A stretch of DNA of 64,000 nucleotides. It comes from the human T2T-CHM13v2.0 reference genome, Homo sapiens. Under the pieces are notes generated by a model, which worked only from the letters and a program-made list of their open reading frames with translations, searched no databases and was not told the origin of the DNA. Shown here piece by piece: positions 1 through 16,455 of the stretch. The position numbers and the translations under genes are program-made. Positions within the stretch are counted from its first letter, which is position 1. Every line of letters begins with the position of its first letter. Where the stretch lies: assembly GCF_009914755.1 (NCBI RefSeq), contig NC_060946.1; one strand, 5' to 3'.

Positions 1-1142
1 TCCATTCGATTCCGTTTGATGATGATTCCGTTTGATTCTATTTGATGATTCCATCTGATTCTATTCGAGGATTCCATTCGATTCCATTCAATGATGATTC
101 CATTCGAGTCCATTCGATGATTTCATTCGAGTCCATCCAATGATTCCATTTGAGTCCATTTGATGATTCCATTCGATTCCATTTGATTATGATTCCACTA
201 GAGCCCATTCGATGATTCCATTCGAGTCCATTCAATAATTCCATTCGAGTCAATTCGATTATTCCATTCGAGTCCATTCGATGATTTCATTCGAGTTCCT
301 TCGTTGATTCCATCCGATTTCATTTGATGATGACTGCATTCGAGTCCATTCAATGATTCCATTCGATTCCATTAGATGATTCCATTGGAGTCCATTCGAT
401 TATTCCTTTTGATTCCATTCAATGATTCCATTCAATTCCTTTCTATGATAATTCCGTTTGTGTCCATTCCATGATGATTCCATTCGATTCCATTCAATGA
501 TTCCGTTCGATTCCATTCGATGATTCCCTTCGATTCCGTTCCATGATGATTCCATTCCATTCCATTTGATGATTCCATTCTAATCTATTCCATGATGATT
601 CCTTTTGATTCCATTCTCTAATGATTCCATTTGATTCCATTCGATGATGATTCCATTTGATTCCATTCGATGACGATTCCATTTGATTCCATTCAATGAT
701 GATTCCATTCTATTCCATTCAATTATTCCATTAAATTTCATTTGATGATTACTCCATTCGAGTAAATTCAACGATTCCATTCAATACCATTCGATGATTA
801 TTCCTTTCGAGTCCATTCAGTGATTTCATTCAAGTCCATTTGATGATTCCTTTCAATTCCATTCGATGATGATTTCATTCGAGTCCATTCGATGATTCAA
901 TTCGCTTCCATTCGATGATGATTCATTTGAGTCCATTCGATGATTCCATTTGATTACATTCAATGATTCCATTCGATTCCATTCAATGATGATTCCGTTC
1001 GAGTCCATTTAATGATTCCATTGGTTTCAATTCGAAGATGATTAAATTGGATTCCATTCTATGATTCCATTCGTTGATGATTCCATTCGATTCCATTTGA
1101 TGATGATTCAATTATATTCCATTCGATGATTCCATTCGATTC

Positions 1143-1260
1143 CATTCTATGATGATTCCATTTGAGTTCATTCGAAGATTCCATTTGATTACATTCTATG
1201 ATGATTCCATTTGTGTCCATTCGAAGATTCCATTTGATTACATTCTATGATGATTCCATT
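1143..1260 (+). repeat. 49-bp (23+26) tandem duplication, about 2.4 copies
   Basis: CATTCTATGATGATTCCATT starts at 1143, 1192 and 1241; the first two copies share CGAAGATTCCATTTGATTA. Confidence 0.85.
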
Positions 1261-4200
1261 CGAGTCCATTTGATGATTCCATTTGACTCCATTCAACGAT
1301 GATTCCATTCGATGCTATTCAATGATTCCATTCGATTCCATTCTATGATGATTCCATTCGAGTCCATTCGATGATTCCATTCAACTCAATTCAGTGATGA
1401 TTCAATTCGATGACATTCGATGACTCCATTCAATTTCATTTGATGATGATTCCATTCGATTCCCTTCGATGATGATTACATTCGAGTCCGTTTGATGATT
1501 CCATTCTTTTCCATTCGATGATGGTCCATTCATGTCTATTCGAAGATTCCATTCAATTCCATTCAATGATGATTCCATTTGATTCTGTTCGATGATTATT
1601 CCGTTAGATTCCATTAGATGATTGCATTCAATTCCATTTGATTCCATTCAATGATGATTCCATTAGATTCCATTCGATGATTCCATCGAGTCCAATGATT
1701 CCATTCGAGTCCATTTGATGATTCCATTCTTTTCCATTCGTTGATGATTCCATTAGAGTCCATTCGATGATTCCATTTGAGTCCATTCGATAATTTCTTT
1801 CGAGTCCATTTGATGATTCCATTCGAGTCCATTCGATAATTCCATTCGAGTCCATTTGATGATTCCATTCTTTTCCATTTGATGATTCCATTAGGGTCCA
1901 TTCGATAATTCCTTTCGAGTCCTTTTGATCACTCCATTCGAGTCCATTCGATGATTCTATTTGATTCCATTCGATGATTCCATTCGATTCTATTTGATGA
2001 TTGCATTCGAGTCCATTCGATGATTCCATATGATTCCATTCGACAATGATTCCATTAGTGTCCATTTGATGATTCCATTCATTTCCATTCAATGATGATC
2101 CCATTCGAGTGTATTCGATGATTCCATTCAAATCCATTCGATGATGATTCCATTTGAGTCCATTCGATCATTCCACTTAATTCCATTTGATGACTATTCC
2201 ATTTGAATCCATTCGATGATTCCATTCGTTTCCATTCGATAATACAATTCGAGTATATTCGATGATTCCACTCGATTCCATTTGATGATTATTCCATTGG
2301 AGTCCACTTAGTGAATCCTTTAGATTCCACTCGAAGATGATTCCAGTCAATTCCATTCAATGATACCATTAGATTCCATTCGTTGATTATTCCATTTGAG
2401 TGCATTCAATGATATCCTTCAATTCCATTTGATGATGATTCCATTCGATTCCATTTGATGATTCTATTCGATTCCATTCAATGATGATTCCACTCGAGTC
2501 AATTCGATGATTCCATTGGACTCCATTTGATGATGACTCCATTCAATGATTCCATTTGATTCTATTCAATAATGATTCCATTTGATTCCATTCGATGTTG
2601 ATTCCATTGGATTACACACGATGATTCCATTTGATTCCATTCAATGATGATTCCATTCGATTCCATTTGATGATTGCATTCTATTCTATTCAATGATAAT
2701 TCCATTCGATACCATTCGATGATGATTGCATTCGATTCCATTCGATGATTTCATTTGATTCCATTCAATTCCATTCGATGATGATTCCATTCGATTCCAT
2801 TCGATGATTCCATTCTGTTCTATTCGATGATAATTCCATTCGATTCCATTCGATGATGATTGCATTTGATTCCATTCGATGATTTCATTTGATTCCATTT
2901 GATGATGATTCTGATCAATTCCATTTGATGATTCCATTCGATTTCATTCAAAGATGATTCCATTCGATTCCATCTGATAATTCCATTCCATTCCATTTGA
3001 TGATTCCAATGTATTCCATTTGATGATGATTCCATTCGAGTCCATTCGATGATTCCATTCAATTCCATTTGATAATGATTCCATTCGAGTGCATTCATTG
3101 ATTCCATTTGATTCCATTCAATGATGATTCCATTCGAGTCTTTCTGATGACTCTATTCTATTCCATTCTATAACTATTCTGTTCGAGTCCATTTTATGAT
3201 TCAATTCGAGTCCTTTCGATGATTCCATACTATTCCATTTGATGATGCTTCCATTCGAGTCTATTCGATGCTTCCATCTGATCCCATTTGATGATTCCAT
3301 TCGAGTCCAATTGATGATTCCATTCAATTCCATTCGATGATGATTCCGTACAATTCCATTGGGTGATGATTCCATGTGATTGCATTCAGTGATGATTCCT
3401 TTTGATTCCATTCTATTATGATTCATTTCGTGTTCATTCGATGGTTCCACAGGTTTCCATTTGATGATGATTCCATTCGAGTCCATTCCATGATTCCATT
3501 CTATTCCATTCTATGATGATTCCATTTGATTCCATTCATTGGTGATTCCATTAATTTCCATTCAATGATTCCATTCCATTCCTTTTGACAATGATTCCAT
3601 TAGATTCCATTCAATGATCCACTTGATTCCATTTGATGATGATTCCATTCGTGTCCATTCGATGATTCCATATGTTTCCATATGATGATGATTCCATTCA
3701 AGTCCATTCAATGGTGATTCCAATCAATTCCATTTGATGATTCCATTCGATTCTATTCGATGATGATTGCTTTTGATTCCTTTCGATGATTCCCTTCAAT
3801 TCCATTCAAAGTTGATTCCATTCGATTCCATTCGATAATTCCATTTGATTCCATTCCATGATGATTCCATTCGAGTCCATTCGATGATTCCATTCAATTC
3901 CAGTCAATGATGATTCCATTCAATTCCATTCGATGATTCCATTGGCTTCCATTCGATGATGATTCCTTTCGAATACTTTCAATGATTCCATTCGAGTCCA
4001 TTCGATGATGATTCCATTTGAGTTCATTCTATGATTCCATTCTGTTCCATTCAATGATAATTCCATTCGAGTCCATTCGATGATTCCATTCTATCCCATT
4101 AGATGATTATTCCACTCAAGTCCATTCAGTGATTGCATTCGAGTCCATTCGATGATTTCATTCGATTCCATTCGATGATGATTCAATTCGATTCCATTCG

Positions 4201-7200
4201 ATGAGCCATTCGATTCAATTTCATGATGATTCCCTTTGATTCAATTCGATGATGTTTCCATTCGAGATCATTCGATGATCACTCCATTCGAATGCATTCG
4301 ATGAAGATACCATTCGAGTCCATTCAATGATGATTCCATTCAAGTCCATTTGTTGATGATTCCATTCGATTTCACTCGATGTTTCTGTTTGATTCCATTC
4401 AATGATGATTCCATCTGATTCTGTTCAATGATTCCATTCCATTCCATTCAGTGATGATTCCATTCGATTCCATCTGATGATGATTTCATCTGATTTCATT
4501 CGATGATGATTCCATTTGATTGCATTCGATGATGATTCCAATCGAGTCCATTTGAAAATTCCATTCGATTCCATTCAATGATGATTCCATTCGTCTCCAT
4601 TCAATGATTACCTTCCATTCCATTTGATGATTATTCCATTCTATGCCATTTGATGATTCCATTCGATTCCATTCGTTGATGATTCCATGCGATAACATTT
4701 GATGATGATTCCATTCGATTCCAGTCGATGATGATTCCATTCGATTGCAGTCGATGATGATTCCATTCGAATCCATATGATGATTCCATTCGATTCCGTT
4801 CGATTATTCCATTCAATCCCATTCTATGAGTCCTTTCATTCCCATTCGATGATTCCTTTTGATTCCATTCGATGATCATTCCATTCAAATCGGTGATACC
4901 ATTCGATTCCATTGGATGATGATTCCATTCGATTCCATTCGGTTCCTTGTGATGATGATTCCATTAGTTTCCATTCAATGATTCCATGTGATTCCATTTG
5001 TTGATGATTCCATTTGATTCCATTTGATGATGATTCCATTAGATTCCATTTGATGATGATTCCATTCGATTCCATTCGATGATTCTGTTTGATTCCATTC
5101 AATGATGATTCCCTTCTATTCCATTCGATGATTCCGTTCGATTCCATTCTGTGATGATTCTATTCGATTCCTTTTGATGTTGATTCCATTTGATTCCATT
5201 CAATGATGATTCCACTGGTGTCCATTCTATGATTCCACTTGATTCCATTCGATGATGATTTCATATGAGTCCGTTAGATGATTCCATTTGATTCCATTTG
5301 ATAATGATTCCATTTGATGCCATTCGATGGTTCCATTCGATTTCATTTGATGACTATTCCATTTGACACCATTCGATGATTCCATTTGATGAGGATTCCA
5401 TTAGAAGCAATTCGATGATTCCATAACATTCCATTTGATGATGATTCCATTCGTTTCCATTCGATGATTCCATTCTAGTCCTTTTGATGATTCCACTTGA
5501 GTCCATTTGATGACACCATTCGTGTCCATTCGATGATGATTCCATTCGTGTCCATTCAATGATGATTCCATTCGATTCCCTTCTTTCATTTTTCCATTAG
5601 ATTCCATTCAAGGATGATTTCATTTGACTCTATTCGATGATGATTCCATTCGATTTCATTTGATGTTTCCATTCGATTCCATTCAATGATGATTCCATTC
5701 AATTCCATTTGATGATTCCTTTTGATTCCACTCGATGATGATTCCATTCGATTCCATTCGATGATTCCATTTGATTCCATCTGATGATGAGCCATTCGAT
5801 TCAATTCCATGATGATTCCATTTGATTCAATTCAATGATGTTTCCATTCGGTTCCATTCGATGATGATTCCATTAGATTCCATTCGATGATGATTCCATT
5901 CGAGTCCATTCGATGATGATTCCATTTGAATCTGTTTGATGATGATTCAATTCGATTTCATTCAATGCTTCTATTCGATTCCATTCAATGATGATTCCAT
6001 CAGATTCCATTCGATGGTTCCATTTGATTCCATTCAGTGATGGTTCCATTCGATTCCATTCAATGATGATACCATTTTAGTCCATTGGATGATTCCACTC
6101 GTTTCCATTTGATGATGATTCCATTTGATTCCATTCGTTGATGATTCCAGTCAAGTCCGTTTAATGATTCCATTCATTTCCGTTTGATAATGATTCCTTT
6201 GGATTCCATTTGATGATTCCATTTGATTCAATCCGTTGATTATTCCATTAGGTTCCATTCATGATGATTCCATTCGACTGCATTCGATGATGATTCCAGT
6301 CGATTTCATTCGATGCTTCTATTTGATTTCATTCGATTATGATTCTATCTGATTCCATTCAATGATCCCATTTGATTCCATTCAGTGTTGATTCCATTCA
6401 ATTCCATTTGATGATGATTTCATTTGATTCCATTCAATAATGATTTCATTCAACTCCATTCAATGATTCCATTCGAGTCCATTCGATGATTCCATTCGAG
6501 TCCATTTGATGATTCCATTGGACTCCCTTTGATGATGAATCCATTCAATGATTCCATTCGATTCTATTCTATGGTGATTCCATTCGATTTTGTTCAATGC
6601 TGATTCTTTCAATTCCATTCGATGATTCCATTCGATGATTCCATTCGATTACATTCGACGATGATTCCATTCAAATCCTTTTGATGATTCCATTCGATTC
6701 TATTTGATGATGATTCCATTCGATTCCATTTGATGATGACTGCATTAGTTTCTGTTCGATGATTCCATTTGATTCCATTCGATGATGATTCTGACCGATT
6801 CCATTTGATGATTCTGTTTGATTCCTTTTGATGATTCCATTTAATTCCATTTGATAATGAATCCATTCAAGTCCATTCGATATTTCTAGTTGAGCCCATT
6901 AAATAATTCCATTTGGGTCCAATCAATAATTCCATTCGAGTCCATTCGATCATTCCATTTGAGTCCATTAGATGATGATTCCATTCGAGTCCATTCGATG
7001 ATGATTCCATTTGAGTTCATTCAATGATTCTATTCTATTCCATTTGATGTTGATTCCCTTCCACTCCATTCGATGATGATTCCATTCGATACCATTTGAT
7101 GATTCAGTTTGATTCCATTCGATGACTCACTTCGATTCCTTTTGATGATGATTCCATTCGATGATTCCTTTCAATTTTATTCAATGATGATTCCATTTGA

Positions 7201-10200
7201 TTCCGTTTGATGATGCTTCCTTTTGATTCCATTTGATGATGATTGCATTCGTTTCCTTTTGATGATGATTCCTTTTGATTCAATTTGATGATGATTCCAT
7301 TCAATTCAATTGAGGACGATTGCATTTGAGTCCATTCAATGATTTGATTCGAGTCCATTCAACGATGATTCTATTTGATTCAATTCGATGATGATTCCAT
7401 TGGAGTCCATTCGATGATTCCATTCTATTCCATTCAATGATTCCATTCGTTTCCATTCGATGATTCCATTTCATTCCATTCGATAATGATTCCATTCGAT
7501 TCCATTTGATGCTGATTCCATATGATGCCATTCGATGATGATTCTATTCGAATCCATTTGTTGATGACACCGTTAGTTTCCATTAGAGGATGATTCCATT
7601 CAGTTCCATTCAATGATGATTCCGTTAGATTCCATTCAATAATTCCATTCCATTCCATTCATTGATGATTCCATTCGAATCCATTTGATGATGATTCTTT
7701 TTGATTCCATTCGATGATGATTCCATTTGAGTCCATTCGATGTTGATTCCATTGGATTCCATTTGATGATGATTCCATTCGATTTCATTTGATGATTCTA
7801 TTCGTTTCCATTTGATAATGTTTCCATTCGATTCCATTCCATGGTAATTCCTTTCGAGTCCATTTGATAATTCCATTCGATTCGATTCAATGATGATTCC
7901 ATTCTAGTCCATTAGATCATTCCATCCGATTCCATTCGATGATCATTCCATTCGAGTCCATTCGATGATTCCATTCAGTTCCATTTGATGATGCCATTAG
8001 ATTACAGTTGATGATTCCCGTTGATTCCATTCAATGATTATTCCATTCGATTCCATTCGATGATTCCAGTCGATTCCATTCAATGGTGATTCCATTGGAT
8101 TACATTCGATTATGATTCCATTCAATTCCATTCGATCATGATTTCATTCAATTCCATATGACGATGACTCCATTAGATTCCATATGATGATTCCATTGTG
8201 TTCCATTCGATGATGATTCCATTGGATTCCATTTGGTGATGATTCCATTCGATTCCATTTGATGATGATTCAATTGGATTTCATTCTGTAAGTCTATTTG
8301 ATTCCATTCACTGAGATGCCTTTCTATTGCATTCGATGATTCCATTCGATACCATTCAATGATGATTCCATTCGATTCCATTCGATGATGTTTCCATTCC
8401 ATTCCATTGAATGATGATTCCATTCGAGTCCATTTCATGATTCCATTTGATTCAATTCGATGATGATTCCATTAGGGTCCATTCAATGAATTCATTCAAT
8501 TCCATTCGATGATGATTCCATCCGATGCCATTCGATGATTACATTCGATTTTATTCGATGATGATTCTGTTCGATTGCATTCAATGATTCCATTCGATTC
8601 CACTCGATTATGATTCCTTTCAAGTCATTCGATGTTTCCATTAGATTCCATTCGAAAATGATTCCATTCGAGTCCATTCAATGATTCCATTCGAATCCAT
8701 TCGATGATGATTCCATTCAATTCCATTTGATGATTCCATTTGATTCCATTCAATGATGATACCATTTGAGACCATTTGATGATTCCACATGATCCCATAC
8801 GATCATTCCATTTGAATCCACACAATGATTCCATTCAAGTTCATTCAGTGATTCCATTCGATTCCATCCAATGTTGATTCCATTCGATTCCATTCGATGG
8901 AATCATCCGTTTGATTCGATCCGATGATGATTCCATTCAAGTCCATATGATGATTCCATTTGATTCCATTCGATGATTCCATTCGATTCCATTTGATGAT
9001 GATTCCATTCAATTCCATTGGATGATTCTATTTGATTCCATTCGATGATGATTCCATTAGATTCCACTCGATGATGATTCCTTTTGATTTCATTTGACGA
9101 CTCCACTCTATTCCATTTAATGATGATTCCATTCAATTCCATTCGATGATTCCATTTGATGACGTTTCTATGAGAGTCCATTTGGTGATTCCATTCCTTT
9201 CCATTTGATTATGATTCCATTTGTATCCATTCGATGATTTCATTCAATTCCATTCAATGATACCATTCGAATCCATTTGATGATTCCCTTAGATTCCATT
9301 TGATGATCATTCCATTCGATTCCATTCGATGATTCCATTCGATTCCATTCGATGATGATTCCATTTGATTCCATTTGATGATGATTCCATTGGATTCCAT
9401 TCATTGATGATTCCATTCGATTCCATTCGATGATGACTCCTTTAGGTTCCATTTGATGATTATTCCATTCAGTTCAATTCGCTGATGATTCCAATAGATT
9501 CCATTCGATGATTCCATTCGATTCCGTTCATGGATTGTTCCATTCGATTCCAATCAATGATGATTCCATTCGATTCCATTCAATGATGATTCAATTCAAT
9601 TTCATTGGATAATGCTCTTCAATTCCATTCGATGATGATTCCATTCTATTCCATTCAATGACGATTTCATTTGATTCCATTTTATGATGATTCCATCCTA
9701 TGTTATTCAATGATTCCATTCTATTTCATTCGATTGTGTTTCCATTCGATTCCATTCGATGATGATTCCATTCAATTCAGTTCGATGAAGATTCCTTTCG
9801 AGTAAATTCGATGATTCCATTAGACTTCATTTGATGATTCCACTCGAATCCATTCGATGATTCTAATCGATTCTATTCAATGATGATTCCATTCGAGTCC
9901 ATTCTACAATTCCATTCGATTCAACTCGATGATGATTTCATTCGATCCAACTCGATGATGATTCCATTCGAGTCCATTAAATGATTCCATTCGATTCCAT
10001 TCGATGATGATTCCATTTGGGTCCATTCGATGATTCCATTTGATTCCATTGGATGATCATTCCATTCGATGCCATTCCATGATTCCATTCGATTTCATTT
10101 GATGATGATTCCATTCCATTCCATTCATTGATGATTCCATTCAATTCCATTCTATGATGATTCCCTTCAATTCCATTCGATGATGATTCCATTCGATTCC

Positions 10201-13200
10201 ATTCGATGATTGCATTCGATTCCGTTCAATGACGATTCCTTTCGTGTCCATTTGAGGATTCCATTCGATTCCATTTGATGATGATTCCATTCGAGTCCAT
10301 TCAATGATTAAATTTGATTCCATTTGATGATGATTCCATTCGAGTCCATTCGATGATTCCATTCGATTCCATTTAATGATGATTCCATTCGAGTTCACTC
10401 GATGATTCCATTCAACTCTATTCGATGATGATTCCATTCGATTCCATTCGAAAATTCCGTATGATTTCAATTGAGGGTGATTCAATTGGAGTTCATTCGA
10501 TGATTCCATTTGATTCCATTCGATGATGATTCCATTCAAGTCCATTCAATGATTCCATTCGATTTCATTTGATGATTCTCTTCGATACCATTTGATGATG
10601 ATTCCATTCTATTCCATTCGATGATTCCATTCGATTCCATTCAATGATGATTCCATTCGATTCCATTCAATGATGATTCCCTTCATTCCATTCGATGATG
10701 ATTCCATTCAATTCCATTTGATGATGATTCCATTCGAGTCCATTCAATGATTCCTTTCACTTCCATTCGATGTTGATTCCATTTGATGATTCCATTTGAT
10801 TCCATTCGGTGAAGATTCCATTCATGTCCTTTCGATGATTCCATACGATTCCATTCGATCATACCGTTTCATTCCATTCAATGATTCCCTTCGATTCCAT
10901 TCAATGATCATTCCATTCGATTCCGTTCGATGATTCCATTCGATTGCATTCGATGCTGATTTCATTCACAACCATTCGATGATGATTCCATTCGAATCCT
11001 TTTGATGATGATTCCATTCATTTCCATTTGATGATGACTCCTTTTGGTTCCATTTGATGATGATTCCATTCGGTTCCATACTATGATGATTCCATTAGAT
11101 TCCATTCAATGATTCCATTCGATTCAATTCGATGATGATTCCATTCATTCAATTCAATGATGTTTCCATTCGATTCCATTCAATGATGATTCCACTTGAG
11201 TCCATTCAATGATTCCATTTAATTCCATTCGATGATTATTCCATTTGTGTCCATTTGAAGATTCCATTCTCTTCCATTCGATGATGCGTCCATTCGATGC
11301 CATTCGATGATTTCATTTGATTTCATTCAATGATGATTGCATTCACATCCATTCTTTGATGATTCCATTTGATTCCATTCGATGATGATTCCATTCGAAT
11401 CCATTCGATGATGATTCCATTCAAGTCCAATCGAGGATTCCATTTGAGTCTATTCGATGATTCCATTCATTTCCATCCCATTATGATTCAATTCGAGTCC
11501 ATTTGATGATGATTCCATTCAATTCTATTTGATGATTCAAATCGATTCCATTCAGTGATTCACTTCGAATACTTTTGATGATGATTCCAATCGATTCCAT
11601 TCGATGATTCCATTCAATTCCATTAGATGAGGATTCCATTCTATTCCACTCGATGATTCTATTTGCTTCCGTTCAATGATGATTCCATTTGATTACATTC
11701 AATGATTCAATTCGCTTCCATTTGATGCTGATTCCATTCGATTCCTTTCGATGATGATTCCTTTTGATTCTATATGATTTTCATTGCATTTGATTCCATT
11801 GATAATGATTGCATTCAAATCCATTTGATGATTCCATTGGTGTCCATTCGATGATTCCTTTCGAGTCCATTCCACAATGACTCCATTTGATTACATTCGA
11901 TGATCATTAAATTCAACTCCGTTTGATGATTCCATTCCCTTCCATTCGACGAGGATTCCATTCGTTTCCAATCGATTATTGCATTCAATTCCATTCAATG
12001 AGGATTCCATTCCATTCCATTAGATGATTCCAATCGATTCAATTCGATGATGATTCCATTTGATTCCATTCGTTGATTCCATTCCATTCCATTGGGTAAT
12101 GATTCCATTCGTGTCCATTCGATGATTCTGTTTGAAGCCATTTGATGGTTACTTTCGTTTCCATTCTATGATGATTCCATTCGATTCCATTCGATGATGA
12201 TTCCATTTGATGCCATTCAATGATTCAATTCGCCTTCATTCGATGTTGACTCCTTTCGATTCCTTTCGATGATTCCTTTTGGTTCCATTCGATGATGATT
12301 CCATTCGTGTCCATTCGATGATTCCATTCAAATCCATTCGAACATACCGCTCGATTCCATTCGATGATTCCCATCGATTCCATTCGATGATCATTCCATT
12401 CGATACCATTCGATGATTCCATTTGATTGCATTCGATGTTGATTCCATTCACAACCATTCGATGATGATTCCATTCGATTCCATTCGATGCTGATTCCAT
12501 TCCATTCCATTTGATGATGACTCCATTAGGTGCCATTTGATGATGATTCCATTCGGTTCCATACGATGATGATACCATTAGATTCCATTTGATGATTCCA
12601 TTCCATTCCATTCGTTGATGATTCCATTCGATTCCATTCAATGATGATTCCATTCGATTCCATTCGATGATGACTCCATTTGGTTCCACTTGATGATGAT
12701 TCCACTCACTTCCATACGATGAAGATTCCATTAGATTCCATTCCATGATTCCATTCAATTCCATTCGATGATGATTCCATTCGATTACATTTGATGATGG
12801 TTTCATTTGATTCCATTTGATGACGATTCCATTTGATTTCTTTCTTTAACTCTATTCGATTCCATTTGATGATGATTCCATTCGGTTCCATTCGATGATA
12901 ATTCCTTTAGATTCCATTCGATGATTCCATTCAATTCCATTAGTTGATGATTCCATTCAATTCCATTTGGTGACGATTCCATTCTATTACATTCAATGAT
13001 GGTTCAATTCAATTTCATTCTATAACTCTATTTGATTCCATTCGATGATGATTCCTTTCTATTCCATTAGATGATTCCATTCTATTCCATTCAATGATTA
13101 TCCCATTTGATTCCATTCGATGATGACTCCAATCGATTCCATTCAATGATGATTCAGTTCGAGTCCATTCAATGATTCCATTCGATTCCATTCGATGATG

Positions 13201-16200
13201 ATTTCATTCTAGTCCATTCAATGATTCCATTGGATTCCATTCAATGATGATTCCATCCAATGCCATTCGATGATTTCATTCGATTTCGTTTGATGATAAT
13301 TCCATTCGATTCCACTCGATGATTCCATTGGATTCCATTCAATGATCATTCCTTTCAATTCCAATCGATGTTTCCATTCAATTCATTCAATGATGATTCC
13401 ATTTGATTCCATTTGATGACTCCATTCAGGTCCGTTCAATTATTCCATTCGATCCCATCCCATGATGATTCCATTCGAGTCCATTCGGTGATGATTCCAT
13501 TCGATTCAATTCGATGACTCAATTCGATTCCATTCAATGATTCACTTCGATTACTTTCAATGATGATTCCATTCCATTGCATTCGATGATTCCATTTGAT
13601 TCCATTCGAAGATGATTCCTTTGGAATCCATTTGAGTTTGATTTCATTCAATTCCATTGATGATGTTTGCATTCTAGTCCATTCAATGATTCCATTCAAG
13701 TCCATTCAATGATTCCATTCAAGTCCATTCAATGATGATTCCATTCAATTCCATTTGATGAGGATTCCATTCCTGTCCATTAGATGATTTGATTCGTTTC
13801 CATTGGATGATGATTCCATTCGATTCCATTTGTTGATTCCATTCTATTCCATTGGATGGTGATTCCATTCGTGTCCATTCGATTATTCTGTTCAAATCCA
13901 TTCGATGTTTGCTTTCAATTCCATTCGATGACGATTCCATTCTATTCCACTTGATTATGATTCCATTCGATACCATTCTATGATTCCATTCGTTTCCATT
14001 CGATGATGATTCCATTCCATTCCATTCGATGATACCATTCAATGAGGATTCCATTCAATTCCTTTCGATGATTCCATTCGATTTCATTCGATGATGTTTC
14101 TATTCGAGTCCATTCGATGACTCCATCCGATTCCATTCGATGATGATTCCATTCGATTCCATTTGAAGTTTCCATTCGATTCCATTCGATGATGATTCCA
14201 TTCGAGTCCATTCTATGATTCAATTCGATTCCATTCAATGATTCCATTCGATTCCATTCGATGTTTCCCTTCGACTCCATAAGATGGTCATTCAATTCAA
14301 TTCCATTTGATGATTCCATTCAATTCCAATCGTTGATGATTCCATTGGATTCCATTCGATGATGATTCCATTTGAGTCCATTCGATGATGATTCCATGCA
14401 ATTCCATTCGATGGTGATTCAATTAGGTTTCACTTGATGATGATTCCTTTCGGTTCCATTGGATGATGATTCCATTAGTTTCCATTTGATGATTCCATTC
14501 GATTCAATTCGTCGAGGATTCCATTCGATTCCATTCGATGATGATTTCATTTGATTCCATTCGATGATGATTCCATTCGAAGATGATTCCATTCAATTCC
14601 CTTCGATGATAATTCCATTCAATTTCATTTGATGATTCTATTCGATTCCATTTGTTGATGATTCCATTTGATTCCCTTCGATGATGATTCCTTTCCTTTC
14701 CATTTGATGATTTTTCCATTCGATTCCATTGATGATGATTGCATGAGAGTCCATTCAATGATTCCATTCGTGTCCATTTGATAATTCAAGTCGAGTCCAT
14801 TAAATGATGATTCCATTCGAATCTATTTGATGATGATTCCAATCGATTCCATTCGATGATGATTCCATGCATTTCCATTTGATGATGATTCCATTAGGTT
14901 TCATTTGATGATGATTCCATTCGGTTCCATTGGATGATGATTTCATTCCATTCTATTCGATGATTCCATTCGATTCCATTCTTTGATGATTCCATTCGAT
15001 TCCATTCGATGATGATTTCATTTGATTACATTCAATGATGATTCCATTCGATGATGATTCCATTCGATTCCATTTGATGATAATTCCATTTGATTCCATT
15101 CGATCATTCTATTCCATTCCGTTTGTTGATTATTCCCTTCGATTCCATTGATAATGATTGCATAAGTTTCCATTCAATGATTCCATTCGTGTTCATTTAA
15201 TGCTTCCATTCAAGTCCATTTGAGGATGATTCCATTCGATTCTATTCAATGATGATTCCATTCGAGTCCATTCGATGATTCCATTTGATTCCTTTTGATG
15301 AGGTTTTCATTCCAGTCCATTAGATGATTCCATTTGATTCATTTTGATTATGATTCCATTCGATTCCATATGTTGATTTGATCAGATTCCATTCAGTGAT
15401 GATTCCATTCGTGTCCATTCAATGATTCTATTCAAATCCATTTGATGATTGCCTTTAATTCCATTCGATGGTGATTGCATTTGATTCCATTTGATGATGA
15501 TTCCATTCAAAACCATTCTATGATTCCATTGATACCATTTGATGATGACTCCATTCCATTCCATTTGATGATTCTATTCGATTCCATTCGATGATGATTC
15601 CTTTTGATTTCATTCAATGATTCAATTCGATGCCATTCAATGATGATTCCATTCGATTTCATTAGATGATTCCATTCGATTACCTTCGATGATGATTCCA
15701 TTCCATTCCATTCGATGATACTATTCGATAAGGATTCCATTCGATTCCTTTCGATGATCCCATTCAATTTCATTCGATGATGTTTCTATTTGATTATTCC
15801 ATTCGATTCCATTCGATGATGATTCCATTCGTGTACATTCTATGTTGATTCCATTCGATGATGATTCCTTTCAATTCCATTTGACGATGACTCCATTAGG
15901 TTCCATTTGATGATGATTCCATTCTGTTCCATTTGATGATGATTCCATTTGATTCCATTCGATGATTCCATTTGATTCCATTCGTTGATGATTCCATTCG
16001 ATACCATTCAATGATGATTCCATTAAATTCCATTCGATGATGATTCCATTCGATGATGATTCCATTCAATTCCATTCGAAGATGATTCCATTCGATTTGA
16101 TTTGATGATCCTATTTGATTCCATTTGATGATTCTATTGGATTCCATTCGATGATGATTCCATTCGATTCTTTTGATGATGATTCCATTTGAGCCCATAC

Positions 16201-16360
16201 AATGATTCCATTCAATTCCATTCGCTGATGATTACGTTCGAGTCTGTTCGACGATTCCATTCGATTCCATTTGATGATGATTCCATTCGATGTCATTCAA
16301 TGATTCCATTCGTTTTCATTCGATGATGATTCCATTCGATTCCACTAGATGATTCCATTT

Positions 16361-16455
16361 GATTCCTTTCTATCATGATTCCATTCGAGTCCGTTAAATG
16401 ATTCCGTTCGATTCCTTTCTATCATGATTCCATTCGAGTCTGTTCAATGATTCCA
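16361..16455 (+). repeat. 49-bp tandem duplication
   Basis: GATTCCTTTCTATCATGATTCCATTCGAGTC at 16361 and 16410. Confidence 0.85.
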
